A stretch of DNA of 64,000 nucleotides from Candidatus Latescibacterota bacterium (GCA_965203355.1 OZ241889.1:2496001-2560000); one strand, 5' to 3'. Shown: positions 37,336-48,222, counted from the stretch's first letter. Notes: generated from the sequence alone by a model not told the origin. Numbers and translations: made by a program.

Positions 37336-38559
37336 ATGGGCAATGTAGAGTCGCGGGGCATAGAGGCTCCCGCGCTGCCACCGCTCGACCAGCTCCTGCC
37401 GGCTGAGCCGCTGCTGTTGATGGGGGCTGGGCCGGTGCCGGTGGCGGCCGAGGTTGCGCGCGCTGGTGGTATGGTTATCAACCACTTAGGGCCGACGATG
37501 GATCGGCTGGTCGAGCACATCAAACGGTTGGCTGGCTACGCCTTTCAGACGGCCGACGAGCACATCTTGGGGGTTGGGGGGCCAGCGTCGGCCGCCATGG
37601 AGATGGCGATGGGCAATCTGTTGTGGCCGGGTCGCCGCGCCTTGGTGCTGCAAAACGGCTGGTTTAGTGGGCGTTTCGCCGAGATGGCGGCTGGTGTGGG
37701 GGCTGAAGTCGAAGTGCTGGCCGTGCCCGAAGGGCAGGCTGTCTGCGCCGAGCGCGTTGCCGAGTGCCTCAAGAGTCAGCACTACGACGTGGTGACGATG
37801 GTACAGGGCGAGACCTCCAGTGGCGTCTGCACGGTGGAGCTCCCGGCGATTGTCCGCTTGTGTCGCGAGCACGGGGCGCTGGCGGTCGTCGATGCGGTCT
37901 GCACGTTGAGTACTATGCCATTGGAAAAGGACGCTTGGGGCATTGACGTGGTTTTCACGGGCAGCCAAAAGGGCCTGTCGTCGCTGCCGGGCGTGGCGCT
38001 CATTGCCTTTTCCGCCGCGGCTTGGGCGCAGGTGCAGCAGCATCCCGGGCCTAGGCCGCACTGGTGCTTGGACGCCTTGCGGGCGCAGGGCTTTTGGCAG
38101 CACCACCAGTATCACTACACGGCGCCGGTCTCCGGGCTATTGGCCCTGCACGAGGCCCTGCGGCTGGTATGCGAGGAGACGCTGGAGCGTCGCTTTGCGC
38201 GGCATCGGCACTCGTCGCTGGCTCTGCAAGCGGGCATCGAGAAGATGGGCCTCGTGCTGAATGCGCCGCGTCGCATTCGCCTCGGCTCCGTGGTGGCAAT
38301 CCAAGTGCCCGCTGGGGTGGATAGCGCTCGAGTGCGCGCCGATATGTCAAACCGCTTCCACGTCGAAATCTCCGGGGCCTTTGGCCTCGACATCGTGCGC
38401 ATCGGCCAGATGGGCGAGCAGTGCCGAGCGCCCCACTTGTTCCGCGTGTTGCACGCCTTGGGCGGTGCTTTGGCGCACGAAGGAGCCAGCGTCGATACCA
38501 GCGCCGGCATGGCGGCCCTGGAGTATTATTTAGCAGGCTATGCGGACGATTTGTTTTGA
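37336..38559 (+). CDS. Class V PLP aminotransferase (alanine-glyoxylate/serine-pyruvate family)
   Basis: MGAGP, GETSSGV, VDAV, GSQKGL and RIGQMG. Confidence 0.88.
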   Translation: MGNVESRGIEAPALPPLDQLLPAEPLLLMGAGPVPVAAEVARAGGMVINHLGPTMDRLVEHIKRLAGYAFQTADEHILGVGGPASAAMEMAMGNLLWPGRRALVLQNGWFSGRFAEMAAGVGAEVEVLAVPEGQAVCAERVAECLKSQHYDVVTMVQGETSSGVCTVELPAIVRLCREHGALAVVDAVCTLSTMPLEKDAWGIDVVFTGSQKGLSSLPGVALIAFSAAAWAQVQQHPGPRPHWCLDALRAQGFWQHHQYHYTAPVSGLLALHEALRLVCEETLERRFARHRHSSLALQAGIEKMGLVLNAPRRIRLGSVVAIQVPAGVDSARVRADMSNRFHVEISGAFGLDIVRIGQMGEQCRAPHLFRVLHALGGALAHEGASVDTSAGMAALEYYLAGYADDLF

Positions 38560-38609
38560 CCTTTTAATGGATAGTTTAATTGGCTGCGTTTCTGTAGAAA
38601 GGACTACTG

Positions 38610-39716
38610 ATGAGTGATGCCCTAGCCCACCCAACCTACGAAAGCCTCGGTGTGCGTCCCCTGATCAACTGCCAAGGGACTTATACCATTATCAGCGGCT
38701 CGCTGATCTTGCCGGAGGTGCGGCAGGCCATGGTCGAGGCCTCCAAGCAATACGTCCACCTCGACGAACTAATGGAGGCGGTCGGAACGCGCATCGGTGC
38801 GCTGATGCAGTGCGAGTGGGGGCTTGTTACCAATGGTTGCGCCGCGGCGTTGTGCCAGGTTACGGCCGCTTGCGTGGCTGGCACGGATCCCGAGAAAATG
38901 GCGCGCCTGCCCGACACTACGGGCATGAAAAACCAAGTTCTCGTCCAGCCGAGTCACCGCCATGTGTACGATCACGCTGTACGCATGGTCGGCGTCGAAA
39001 TAATTGAGGTCGAGACGCGCGCCGACCTAGAGGCGGCGCTGTCGGACCGCACGGCCATGCTGTTGGTGTTTGGCGATGCGGCCGAGCGCGGAGCGATTTC
39101 GGTGGCGGATATGGCGGCGGCTGGCCGCCGCCGCGGCGTGCCGACGTTTGTCGATGCTGCGGCCGAGCGGCCGGACGCGCCCAACTGGTATCTGGAGCAG
39201 GGAGCTGATGCGGTCGCCTATTCGGGCGGCAAGTGTCTGCGCGGGCCGCAGGCGGCGGGCTTGGTTTTGGGCCGCAAAAAACTGTTGCAGGCGGCCTTCC
39301 TCAACGGGGCACCGCACCACGCGCTGGGGAGGCCGATGAAGGCGGGCAAGGAAGAAATCATGGGGCTGTTGGCGGCGGTGGAGCAGTGGGTGGTGCGCGA
39401 CCACGAGGCCGAGTGGCGGGATTGGGAGCGGCGGCTCTCCGTCATCGCCGACGCCGTGGAAAAGTTTCCCTCGGTGGCGACGCGAGTCACTCAGCCCGGG
39501 CGCTCGAATGTTGCGCCGAACTTGGCGGTGGGCTGGGACCGAGACCAGCTAGCGATTAGCGGCCACGCGCTGGCGCGAAAGCTATCGGCTGGCCAACCGC
39601 GCATCGAAATCTCGGCCCACGACAACGGCTTTGGGATTAATCCTTATATGATGGAGCCGGGCGAGGAAGATATTGTGGCGCGGCGGGTGCGCGAGGTTTT
39701 GGCCGCGGTTGCCTAG
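38610..39716 (+). CDS. SelA-like PLP-dependent enzyme (DgaE/SelA-related)
   Basis: LGVRPLINCQGTYT, DAAAE, SGGKCLRGPQ and RPMKAGKEEI. Shorter than canonical SelA. Confidence 0.8.
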   Translation: MSDALAHPTYESLGVRPLINCQGTYTIISGSLILPEVRQAMVEASKQYVHLDELMEAVGTRIGALMQCEWGLVTNGCAAALCQVTAACVAGTDPEKMARLPDTTGMKNQVLVQPSHRHVYDHAVRMVGVEIIEVETRADLEAALSDRTAMLLVFGDAAERGAISVADMAAAGRRRGVPTFVDAAAERPDAPNWYLEQGADAVAYSGGKCLRGPQAAGLVLGRKKLLQAAFLNGAPHHALGRPMKAGKEEIMGLLAAVEQWVVRDHEAEWRDWERRLSVIADAVEKFPSVATRVTQPGRSNVAPNLAVGWDRDQLAISGHALARKLSAGQPRIEISAHDNGFGINPYMMEPGEEDIVARRVREVLAAVA

Positions 39717-39719
39717 TGA

Positions 39720-41762
39720 TTAGTTGGGCTGTTCGCCGCGGCGCAAGGCTACGGACAACGGCTGAGTCCGGTCCTTGTTGGGCTTTGAGCGCACCCGGCC
39801 GGTGCGGGGGTCCACGCTGTAGATCTGCACGTTCTCGGGCACGTTAAAATCCTGTTCCGGTCGCTCCTCATGCGCCGCAATCATAAAATCCGTCCAGATG
39901 GGCACGGCCCCGTTGCCGCCGGTAATCTGCACCCCGCGCGTATCCACCAGCTTATGGGTGCGGCGGTCGTCGAATCCCACCCAGACGCTGGCGATTAAGT
40001 CCGGCGTGAAGCCCGTAAACCAAGCGTCGGTATTGTCGTTGGTCGTGCCGGTTTTGCCGGCGGTTGGCCGGGCAAAGCCCAACGTGCGCACTCGGCGGCC
40101 TGTGCCGCGATCTACGGTCTGGCGCAAGAGGTGGACCATCTGCGCGGCGAGGTCGGGCGCAATAGCTTGGCGGATCTGCGGTTGGTGAGTAAAGATCGGT
40201 TGGTCGTTGTCATCGACGATCCGCTCTATTAAGGTCGGCTTTACTTGCAAGCCGTAGTTGGCGAAAGTCCCGTACGCGGCGGCCATTTCCAACACGGTAA
40301 CTTCGGCCACGCCCAAGGCAATGCTCTTGTAGGCCCCTATGGGTCCGGCAAATCCCAAGCGGTGGGCTGTCTCGACGACGCGGTCCGGGCCGGCCAACTC
40401 GGAGATTTGTATGGCCGTGGAGTTGGCCGAGCGGACTAAGGCCCACGCCGCCGTCGTCCGCCCCAAGTAGCGGCCGCCGTAGTTGCGCGGTTGCCACTTT
40501 TGCCCGTTGACGATATAGGTGCGCCGCTGGTCGTTGAAGACGGAGACTGGGCTTATTTTGCCCGCTTCGAGCGCCGCTAGGTAAGCTATCGGCTTGAAGC
40601 CGGAGCCAGGCTGACGGCGGGCGGTGAGTGCGCGGTTGTAGTAGCTGACGAAAATGTCCCGACCCCCGACCATAGCCAGCACTTTCCCGGTCTGCGATAG
40701 GCACACCAACGCGCCTTGGACGTAGGATGGACGCTCGGCCATCGACGCTGCCGAATAGGGCTTAAATCCCAGCCGCTCATCCAACTGAACCAGCCCCTTG
40801 GTTACGGCTTCTTCGGCCGCATCTTGCATCGCAATGTCCAAGGTGGTATAGACTTTTAGGCTGCCGTAGTGCAAAGCGGCCGGGCCCCACTGCTGGATGA
40901 TCTCGGCGTTGATGGCTTCGACCCAATAGGGCACGGGGTTGCGGGGTGGGTAGCCGGGATTGATGAGATCTTCGGCGCGGATAGCGGCGTATTCTCGGCG
41001 CGTCTCCGGGGCGAGAAAGCCGCTGGCACCCAAGCGGTCGAACACGTGTTGCAGCCGCTCGGTGGCTCGTTTGGGATGTTGTAGGGGGTTGTACGCGGTC
41101 GGGGCGTTGATCTGGCCGATGAGCATGGCGGCGCGGGGCAGGCTCAGCGAGTCCGGGGTCGTGTTGAAAAAGGTGGCCGCGGCGTCGTGAATGCCGTAGG
41201 CGTTGGTGCCGTAGAAGACCTCGTTGAGGTACAGCTCTATGAGGCGATCTTTGTACGCCGGGTGGCCGGCCGCGTTGGTGTCTGGATACGAGGCGGCAAA
41301 GAAGGCCTCCAGTTGCACGGCGAGGAGTGCTTCCGACAGCTTGCGTTCAAAGGTTTTTTGCGGCGAAAAGAACAGGCGCTTGACGATCTGTTGGGTCAAG
41401 GTGCTGCCACCGCGCGTGATGCGACCCTCGCGCAGGTTGTCGCGCACCGCGCCGACAATGGACAGCAGGTCAACGCCGCGATGGTGGTAAAAGCGCGCGT
41501 CCTCGGTGGCGATGAGTGCTTGGACCACATGGGGGCTGATGCGTTTGAAGGGCACCCATTGGCGGCTCTGATTGAAGGTGTAGATGCGCTCGCCAGAAGC
41601 CGCGTACATCTCCGTGCCGGGACGAATGCCCAGTTCGTGCGGATCCGCGGGCAGGCTGGGCAAGGTCGGGGCCACGCGCCAGACGATGTATCCCACGCCT
41701 AACCCAGCCGCCAACACGAGGACTACGGTCAGGACTGCGCCGATGGTTAGTGCGCGTCTCAT
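39720..41762 (-). CDS. Class A penicillin-binding protein (PBP1A family)
   Basis: Transglycosylase motifs EDARFYHH, GGSTLTQQ and RKLSE. Transpeptidase motifs SGFK, SAN and KTG. Confidence 0.92.
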   Translation of the reverse strand: MRRALTIGAVLTVVLVLAAGLGVGYIVWRVAPTLPSLPADPHELGIRPGTEMYAASGERIYTFNQSRQWVPFKRISPHVVQALIATEDARFYHHRGVDLLSIVGAVRDNLREGRITRGGSTLTQQIVKRLFFSPQKTFERKLSEALLAVQLEAFFAASYPDTNAAGHPAYKDRLIELYLNEVFYGTNAYGIHDAAATFFNTTPDSLSLPRAAMLIGQINAPTAYNPLQHPKRATERLQHVFDRLGASGFLAPETRREYAAIRAEDLINPGYPPRNPVPYWVEAINAEIIQQWGPAALHYGSLKVYTTLDIAMQDAAEEAVTKGLVQLDERLGFKPYSAASMAERPSYVQGALVCLSQTGKVLAMVGGRDIFVSYYNRALTARRQPGSGFKPIAYLAALEAGKISPVSVFNDQRRTYIVNGQKWQPRNYGGRYLGRTTAAWALVRSANSTAIQISELAGPDRVVETAHRLGFAGPIGAYKSIALGVAEVTVLEMAAAYGTFANYGLQVKPTLIERIVDDNDQPIFTHQPQIRQAIAPDLAAQMVHLLRQTVDRGTGRRVRTLGFARPTAGKTGTTNDNTDAWFTGFTPDLIASVWVGFDDRRTHKLVDTRGVQITGGNGAVPIWTDFMIAAHEERPEQDFNVPENVQIYSVDPRTGRVRSKPNKDRTQPLSVALRRGEQPN

Positions 41763-42643
41763 TGCGCAAATCCTAGGCGTTGTTGTACAGGCTGAGCCGG
41801 TAGCACGAGGGCTGTGGCCTCATCGCCCGGCACCAGCGCGTACGCGGCAAATTGGTCGCCCGTGTGGGTCAGGCGCAGTTCAAAGCCATCGGTCGTGTCC
41901 CAAGCCGCGAGTAGGCGTTGGGTCTCGCTTTGGCGCAGCGAGTCGGCTTGCGCTTGCACGATTTCCGCTAGGGCCGCGGTGATGATTGGTCCGGCATCGC
42001 TTTGTGCGCGCTCGGGGTTAGGCTCCAAAAGCGGCGCTAGGTGCTCGCGCCAGTAGGCCACGTCTTCCTCTTTCATCTTTAGAAAGGTCCAGGCTTCAGG
42101 CTCGTCTTTGGCCAGCAGATCCTTGTGGAGCTGGTGGAAGAGCGAACCGTCCTCTAGGGCTATTTGTGCGTTGACGAGGGCGCGGAGATGCGATTCTCTA
42201 GCCGGGACGATGGCTTGGGTTAGTAGATAGCGGCCTTGCTCGTAGATGTGTAGGGAATAGGCGAGCGCGCGCCGGATCTCCGGGTCGAAGGGACCGACTT
42301 GGAGGGCGGTGTCGCGCTGGGTGACCGCAAAGAACGCCGCGTGGGTGCCGTGGTACTGGAGTTGGTAGTGGTTTTGCAAAACCGGCAACGGGGTTTGGTC
42401 CGGCTCTAAGGCCGTTTCGGCCAGCGAGTCGGATAGGGCCATGCGAGTCTGCCGACTGGCGATGATGCCCTGCCAAAGCGCCCCGCTTGGCTGGCGTTTG
42501 GCGTTTTGCTGCATCAGGTATTGGCCGATGAAGCGGGCCGCGTACTGGGTTTGGTATTCAATAAGGAAGAGCAAGCAAGCCGCGCAGAAAGGCAGAAACG
42601 CACACTGGGCGATGCGGCTGAGACGTACAAAAAAAGCCCCCAT
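41759..42643 (-). CDS. Hypothetical membrane-anchored protein
   Basis: Fills the operon gap, overlaps the PBP start, and has an N-terminal hydrophobic segment. Confidence 0.6.
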   Translation of the reverse strand: MGAFFVRLSRIAQCAFLPFCAACLLFLIEYQTQYAARFIGQYLMQQNAKRQPSGALWQGIIASRQTRMALSDSLAETALEPDQTPLPVLQNHYQLQYHGTHAAFFAVTQRDTALQVGPFDPEIRRALAYSLHIYEQGRYLLTQAIVPARESHLRALVNAQIALEDGSLFHQLHKDLLAKDEPEAWTFLKMKEEDVAYWREHLAPLLEPNPERAQSDAGPIITAALAEIVQAQADSLRQSETQRLLAAWDTTDGFELRLTHTGDQFAAYALVPGDEATALVLPAQPVQQRLGFAQ

Positions 42644-42647
42644 CTAT

Positions 42648-43631
42648 TTATTCGGCTACCGTAAAGCTCTCAACCCGACTCACCGAATTCTCAATTCCCT
42701 CGGTGTGCGTACTGGCCACGACCTTCCAGTAGTACACCTGCCCGGGTTTGAGCTCGACCAAACGCCCTTCCTTAATGCGACCGGTAAACACGGCCGTGGT
42801 ATCGCTAGTCAGCGGCATGTCCGACACTTCGCCGCTGGTCAGCGAGGTGGTGACGATTACCCGGAATGCGCGCGCCTCGGGCAAGCCACCCCAAGTAAAG
42901 GTCAAAGGTGTAGAGGTCGCTTCCCCGGCGACTGGGGCCAACAGCATGGGCGAGGGCAGCGCGACATCGCTTACTTCCGCGGAGAAGTTGCTTTCCTTGT
43001 CACCGCGATCTAGCGCCGTAATCCGGTAGTAGTACACCGTGCCGACCTCGATTTCCTCGTCAATAAAGCCCGGCATCGACACCTGTACCAGCAAATGCTC
43101 GACGCTCGGGGTAAAACCCTGCTCAGTTGAGCGATACACCCGATAACCAACGAGATCGGTCTCCGAGTTCGCATCCCAGTCGAGGGTGATGTCGAGCCGG
43201 CCGAGTATTTCGAGGTGGTGGGCTGCGATGCTTACCGCAGTCGGCACCTGCGGGCTCAAGCTGTTGAGCGGCTGTCCGCTAATAGCATTCGAAGGGGTGC
43301 TCTCGCCGCCGCTGTTTATCGCGGTTATTCGATAGGTGTACTCCAACTCGTAGCGCAGGCCCTGATCCTTGAATTGGGTCTGGAACGTGGAGTCAATGGC
43401 CACGGCCGCGTCGTCCCCCACCGAGCGATAGACGACGTAGCGCATCTCACCATCGCCCTCGACCGCTTGCCAACTGAGCCATACCTCGCCATCGCCGATG
43501 CGCTCCACGCTCAGGGCGTGCGGTGCCTGCGGGGGATCGACCGGCGCGACGGGCTTGGTGCCCTTTTCGCCGTCGCTGCCGCAGTGCCACAACCCGACGA
43601 CGACAATCGCGGCAAACTTTAGGCGTTTCAT
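42648..43631 (-). CDS. Fibronectin type III domain lipoprotein
   Basis: Lipobox-like LWHC and FN3 motifs (LSW..YVVYRS..YTYRITAIN; WDAN..GYRVYRS..YYYRITALD). Confidence 0.85.
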   Translation of the reverse strand: MKRLKFAAIVVVGLWHCGSDGEKGTKPVAPVDPPQAPHALSVERIGDGEVWLSWQAVEGDGEMRYVVYRSVGDDAAVAIDSTFQTQFKDQGLRYELEYTYRITAINSGGESTPSNAISGQPLNSLSPQVPTAVSIAAHHLEILGRLDITLDWDANSETDLVGYRVYRSTEQGFTPSVEHLLVQVSMPGFIDEEIEVGTVYYYRITALDRGDKESNFSAEVSDVALPSPMLLAPVAGEATSTPLTFTWGGLPEARAFRVIVTTSLTSGEVSDMPLTSDTTAVFTGRIKEGRLVELKPGQVYYWKVVASTHTEGIENSVSRVESFTVAE

Positions 43632-43743
43632 ATTTTCTACCTCCCCAGATAGATTGAGCGCCTCTCTGTCAAAAATATCATTAGCTTCCTAAAATGGGCA
43701 AGCACTTTTGACAAGCGGTCCGCCTACAGTTATCGTCTCGCTA

Positions 43744-45066
43744 ATGGACGCGAATATAGACGCTGGGGCCCGGCGCGTCGTCGAGACTTTGCGCCGGGCC
43801 GGCTTCCAAGCGCTGCTAGCCGGTGGTTGCGTACGCGACTTGGCGTTGGGGCGCGTACCCAAGGACTGGGATATAGCTACGGATGCTGGGCCGGAAGAAG
43901 TGGCTGCGCTCTTTGCGCACACCGTGCCGGTGGGCGCGCAGTTTGGCATCTCATTGGTGGTGCTCGACGAGGGCGACTACGAGGTCGCACGCTTTCGCAG
44001 CGACGGCCCGTACCGCGATGGCCGCCGTCCCGCAGCGATCGAGCCGGCTGACGCCCGCGCCGATGCCGAGCGCCGCGACTTTACCATCAACGGCCTGTTC
44101 TACGACCCGGAGCGCGGTGAACTGCTCGATTATGTCGGCGGACAGCGCGACCTCGGTGCCAAGGTCATTCGCGCCATCGGCGATCCGGCCGGGCGTTTTG
44201 CCGCAGACCATCTGCGCCTGTTGCGGGCCGTGCGCTTTGCCGCCCGGCTCGGTTTTACCATTGAACCCAAAACATGGGACGCGCTCTGCGCTCAGGTCGA
44301 TTCCATTGCCAGCGTCAGTGCCGAGCGCGTCCGCGACGAGCTAACCCTGCTGTTGACCGAAGGGGGGGCTAGGGGTGGCTTGCGCCTGTTGGACCAGTCG
44401 AAGCTGCTGCCGGCCGTGCTGCCGGAAGTCGCGGCCATGCGCGGCGTGCCGCAGGAGGCTGAATTCCATCCCGAAGGCGACGTGTGGACCCACGTCCAGC
44501 TTCTCTTTGAATACCTCGACGCGCCATCGGCTGAGCTGGCTTGGAGTGCATTGCTCCACGACATTGGCAAGCCGTCAACCATGGTGCGTGCCGAGCGCAT
44601 CCGCTTCCACGGCCACGACGCGGTTGGCTCGGAAATGGCGGCGGCGATCTGCGGGCGGTTGCGGATGTCCAACGAATCGCGGCGGGTCATCTGTGTGCTC
44701 GTGGCCGAACACATGCGGATAAGCCACGTGCGTCAGATGCGCCCGAGTACGCTCATGCGTCTGTTGCGCGAGCCGCACTTTCCCGAGTTGCTCCAGTTGC
44801 ACCGCGCCGATTGCTTGGCCAGCCACGGCAAGCTCGACCTGTACGAATTTTGCCGAGATCAGTTGGCTACCTTAAAAAAGGAGCAGTTGCGCCCGCCGGC
44901 TTTGCTCACGGGCAGCGACCTCATCGCCATGGGTTTTGCTCCTGGCCCTTTGTTTAGGGAAATTCTCGCCGCGGTTGAGGATGCCCAGTTGGAGGGGCAG
45001 CTCGACAACTACCAATCCGCGCTGCGTTTTGTGCAGCGCAAATTCTGCGCGGAGCCTTCTGCTTAG
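43744..45066 (+). CDS. CCA tRNA nucleotidyltransferase / poly(A) polymerase family with HD domain
   Basis: GGCVRD..DWDIAT, RRDFTING, DHLRLLRAVRF, SAERVRDEL, HPEGDVWTH and LLHDIGK. Confidence 0.92.
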   Translation: MDANIDAGARRVVETLRRAGFQALLAGGCVRDLALGRVPKDWDIATDAGPEEVAALFAHTVPVGAQFGISLVVLDEGDYEVARFRSDGPYRDGRRPAAIEPADARADAERRDFTINGLFYDPERGELLDYVGGQRDLGAKVIRAIGDPAGRFAADHLRLLRAVRFAARLGFTIEPKTWDALCAQVDSIASVSAERVRDELTLLLTEGGARGGLRLLDQSKLLPAVLPEVAAMRGVPQEAEFHPEGDVWTHVQLLFEYLDAPSAELAWSALLHDIGKPSTMVRAERIRFHGHDAVGSEMAAAICGRLRMSNESRRVICVLVAEHMRISHVRQMRPSTLMRLLREPHFPELLQLHRADCLASHGKLDLYEFCRDQLATLKKEQLRPPALLTGSDLIAMGFAPGPLFREILAAVEDAQLEGQLDNYQSALRFVQRKFCAEPSA

Positions 45067-45077
45067 CGGCGGGCGGT

Positions 45078-46982
45078 TCAGTCCAGACCCCGCTTGAGCA
45101 CCGCTAGCACCGGCTGGGGTCCGGCCGGCGACATCAGGTACAGTCCGCTCCAGCCCTCCGCACGGACTTGACGCACCTGCTCGGCCGCCAATTCGACGCC
45201 CGCTTTAGCTTGGTCGGCCGGGTCTGCATACGCGGCCAGTCTGGCAAAAATCGCTTCCGGCACGATCACGCCGGGCACCTCGGCAATGCGCCGAGCGTGT
45301 TCCAAGCCGCGCAGCACCATGACTCCCACAAGGATCGGCACCTGAGCGCGATACGTGGCAAGGGCCGCTAGTGCCTTGCAGTCAAAGGTCGGCTGGGTCA
45401 TTACGTAATCGGCGCCGGCGTCGATTTTGTGCGCCAGCCGCTCCCACTCGCGCTGGCGATCGAGGGCTTCTGGCTCGCAACCCGTGCCAATGGTAAAGTG
45501 GGTGCGGGGGTCGCGGTGTGTGCCGAGCGGTTGGCCGCCAAAGTCCAGGCCCGCGTTGAGAAAGGCGTGGGTATAGCGAATGAGGGCCGTGGAATCGAGG
45601 TCGAAAACAGCGGTGGAGCGCGGATAGGTCGGCGCCATTTTCGGGGGATCGCCGGTGATGAAGAGGACGTTGTGGATGCGGTTGGCCCAGTAGCCGATGA
45701 GCCGACTTTGCAACCCCATGGCGTTGAGGTCGCGGCAGGTGCAATGGGGAATTAGCTCGAGGCGATCGCGCGACCAACGCAAGCGGCGGCGGATGAGCTG
45801 AGCGAAGTCGCCCGGCGGCATTAGGGGGATGCCGCGCGAGCCATCGGTTAGGTCTAGGGCATCGGCCAAGCCCGAGGCGGCCAACTCGGCGACAAAAGCG
45901 AGCCGGGCTTTTAAGCCGCCCGTGCCGCGCGGGGGCAATAGCTCAACACTGACGGCGAATTGGCCCTCGACGAGCTTGCGCGAGAATGGGCCGTTGCGGC
46001 GCTTGGCGGCGGCGGCGGTTGGTTGTTGGTCCGATGTCTTGGCCAAAGGGACGATGCGCTGCCCAGCCGCTAGGCCGTGGAGGTAGTTGTGCATCTCGTG
46101 GATGTGAGGGGGATGTACCTCGCAACAGCCGCCGATGAGGCGCACGCCTTGGCGCGCCATTTCGCGGGCAAAGCGCCCCATGGACTCGGGGTTGACGCCC
46201 GTCAGGTAGCGATGGCCCACCCGTCGGAACTCGCCGCCGTTGGGCATGGCCGCGAGCAGGACTTGGCCGTCGCGCACGGATGCACATTCTCGCGCTGCGT
46301 CGAGGAAGGCCCGCGCTTCTGCGAGCGCACAGCAGTTGATGCCAACGACATCGGCGCCCAAGGACGCGGCGGTTTGGACGTATGGTTGGGGGGCTTGTTC
46401 CCACGTGCCGCCGTGCTGGTGCAAGGCCATTTGGACGATGACGGGCGCGGGGTTGTCGAGGTCTTGTAACAGCGTTAAGAGGGCGGCGACCTGATCGAGG
46501 CAAGTAAAGGTTTCCAACAACAAGGCATCGACGCCCCCTTCGACGAGGGCCTCAATTTGGGCGCGGTACAGGTCGCTGGCGGTGCGCGGGGATTGGGCGG
46601 TTGGCAGGGGCGGACCTAGGGAGCCGAGGACGAACAAAGGATCGCTGCATTGAGCCTGTTGGCGGTACTGGTCAATGGCCTCGCGTGCCAAACACACAGC
46701 CGCCGCATTGATCGCGGCGATGGATGCGGCCGAGGGATAGGTCGCGTTGGCGGCAAAGGAATTGCTGGTCAAGCATTGGGCACCGGCTTGCAGATAGTCG
46801 AGGTGGAGCTGGCGGACGAGGGCCGGGCGGGCGAGGTTGAAGGCTTCGTAGAGGTGATTTTGCTCGGAGACGCGGCCGGTGAGCGCGAACAGGTACGAGC
46901 CCAAGGCCCCATCGGCGAGCAACGGGCGGTGGTGGAGGGCGGCGAGGAATGGGTGCATGGGGACCGTGGATGGATGGCTCAC
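45078..46982 (-). CDS. Bifunctional homocysteine S-methyltransferase / methylenetetrahydrofolate reductase (YitJ-like)
   Basis: HMT domain DGALGS, GINC, PNGG, GGCC, followed by MTHFR domain VELLPP, CRDLN, ITGDPP, GADYVMTQP. Confidence 0.9.
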   Translation of the reverse strand: MSHPSTVPMHPFLAALHHRPLLADGALGSYLFALTGRVSEQNHLYEAFNLARPALVRQLHLDYLQAGAQCLTSNSFAANATYPSAASIAAINAAAVCLAREAIDQYRQQAQCSDPLFVLGSLGPPLPTAQSPRTASDLYRAQIEALVEGGVDALLLETFTCLDQVAALLTLLQDLDNPAPVIVQMALHQHGGTWEQAPQPYVQTAASLGADVVGINCCALAEARAFLDAARECASVRDGQVLLAAMPNGGEFRRVGHRYLTGVNPESMGRFAREMARQGVRLIGGCCEVHPPHIHEMHNYLHGLAAGQRIVPLAKTSDQQPTAAAAKRRNGPFSRKLVEGQFAVSVELLPPRGTGGLKARLAFVAELAASGLADALDLTDGSRGIPLMPPGDFAQLIRRRLRWSRDRLELIPHCTCRDLNAMGLQSRLIGYWANRIHNVLFITGDPPKMAPTYPRSTAVFDLDSTALIRYTHAFLNAGLDFGGQPLGTHRDPRTHFTIGTGCEPEALDRQREWERLAHKIDAGADYVMTQPTFDCKALAALATYRAQVPILVGVMVLRGLEHARRIAEVPGVIVPEAIFARLAAYADPADQAKAGVELAAEQVRQVRAEGWSGLYLMSPAGPQPVLAVLKRGLD

Positions 46983-48217
46983 TTGAGCGTTTGCCCACCA
47001 GCGGGCGGTTCGACTTGGTCCAATAGCTGTATGACGTCTTTGGGCTGGACTTTGTTGCGAAAAAAGAAGATCCCACCGGGCACGTTCTTAAAATCGTCCT
47101 CGCTAACATTGAGGTTGGCCGAGACGGCCACCAGCAAGTCGCGGCGCTGAGCTTGGCGCAGCTTTTCCAGCTTGCGGCGCAAATACTCGGGCCGCCAATA
47201 GCCCATGATTTCCAACAATGCCGTGCGGCCATCGGGATGGCGGAAGGTAAAGTCCGGGATCATTACGGTCTCTTTGAGATTGACGATTTCGCTTTCCCGC
47301 TCTAGCTGCCATTGGGTTTTGGCCTTGGCGAAACGCGCGGCAAACGTTTCTTCCAACAGCGAGTCATACCGGGCCTGATCTTTGTAATGCGACACTAGGC
47401 CCGATTGATCATCGAGGACGAAGTGCTGGCGGCGACCGTCTTGGCGCAAAATGTCGGCCTGCATTGACCAGCGGGTACACAGCAATAAGGCCGGGAGGAA
47501 AATGGCCATTTGCAGGCCGTATTTCTGCGAGTGGCGAAACATGCTCACCGGGCCGTCGAGCCCGATTTCATAGCCGGCATCGACATCGCCTTCGATGGTG
47601 TGGATCAGCCGGTAGAACTTGATGAACTTGAAAAGCTGCTTGTAGCGCACGGGCAGGTTGCGATATACGCTCAGGCGCAGCACTTCGCAGCGGTAGAGCA
47701 TGGCTTGGGCTAGTGCCACGTTGTAGCGCAGCAGCAACTCGTTGGCCGAGGGCGCGGCAAAGGTTGCGAGTTGGTGGTTTTCGGGCAGGTCGGCGTACAG
47801 CCCGGCGAGCACTTCTTCGCGGCTGATTTGGTGTTTGCTGGCGACTTGGTCCAGCACATCCTCGCGCTTGACCGGATAGATGAGGCTGGTCTCGCGGACG
47901 ACCGGATGGTGGGCGCGAGCCAAGGCAAAAACAGCGTGGCGCAAGGCTTCGGGGGGCTGGGGGCTATCGACTTGAAATTCGCAGTAGTGGTCGCAGAGTA
48001 GCTTGGCTAGGCCGCGCTGGATGCGGTAGTCGGTGCGGTCTCCGGCGAGCAAGTCGAGGGCTTGCTGTAGTTCGCGCCGGGTTTTGCCTTGGTGTGCGGC
48101 GTGGATTTCGATGAGGGCTTGGGCTAGATCGATGAGGGCTGGGTCTTCGACGGCGACATAGCGCGGTTCGATGTAGGGGCCGCGCGAGCGGGTCAGCAGG
48201 AGGTCTGAGGTCAGCAC
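46979..48217 (-). CDS. DUF790 / Bax1-like endonuclease
   Basis: MLTSDLL, RYNVALAQ, DGPVSMF..KYG, YDSLLEE and IPDF..LEIMGYW. Directly downstream of an XPB-like helicase. Confidence 0.88.
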   Translation of the reverse strand: MLTSDLLLTRSRGPYIEPRYVAVEDPALIDLAQALIEIHAAHQGKTRRELQQALDLLAGDRTDYRIQRGLAKLLCDHYCEFQVDSPQPPEALRHAVFALARAHHPVVRETSLIYPVKREDVLDQVASKHQISREEVLAGLYADLPENHQLATFAAPSANELLLRYNVALAQAMLYRCEVLRLSVYRNLPVRYKQLFKFIKFYRLIHTIEGDVDAGYEIGLDGPVSMFRHSQKYGLQMAIFLPALLLCTRWSMQADILRQDGRRQHFVLDDQSGLVSHYKDQARYDSLLEETFAARFAKAKTQWQLERESEIVNLKETVMIPDFTFRHPDGRTALLEIMGYWRPEYLRRKLEKLRQAQRRDLLVAVSANLNVSEDDFKNVPGGIFFFRNKVQPKDVIQLLDQVEPPAGGQTLK

Positions 48218-48222
48218 CGGGC

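Noticed and set aside
38610-39716. True selenocysteine synthase selA serving the Sec-FDH
   Set aside because: The length and motifs fit the SelA-like/DgaE group, and no selB or selC is adjacent.
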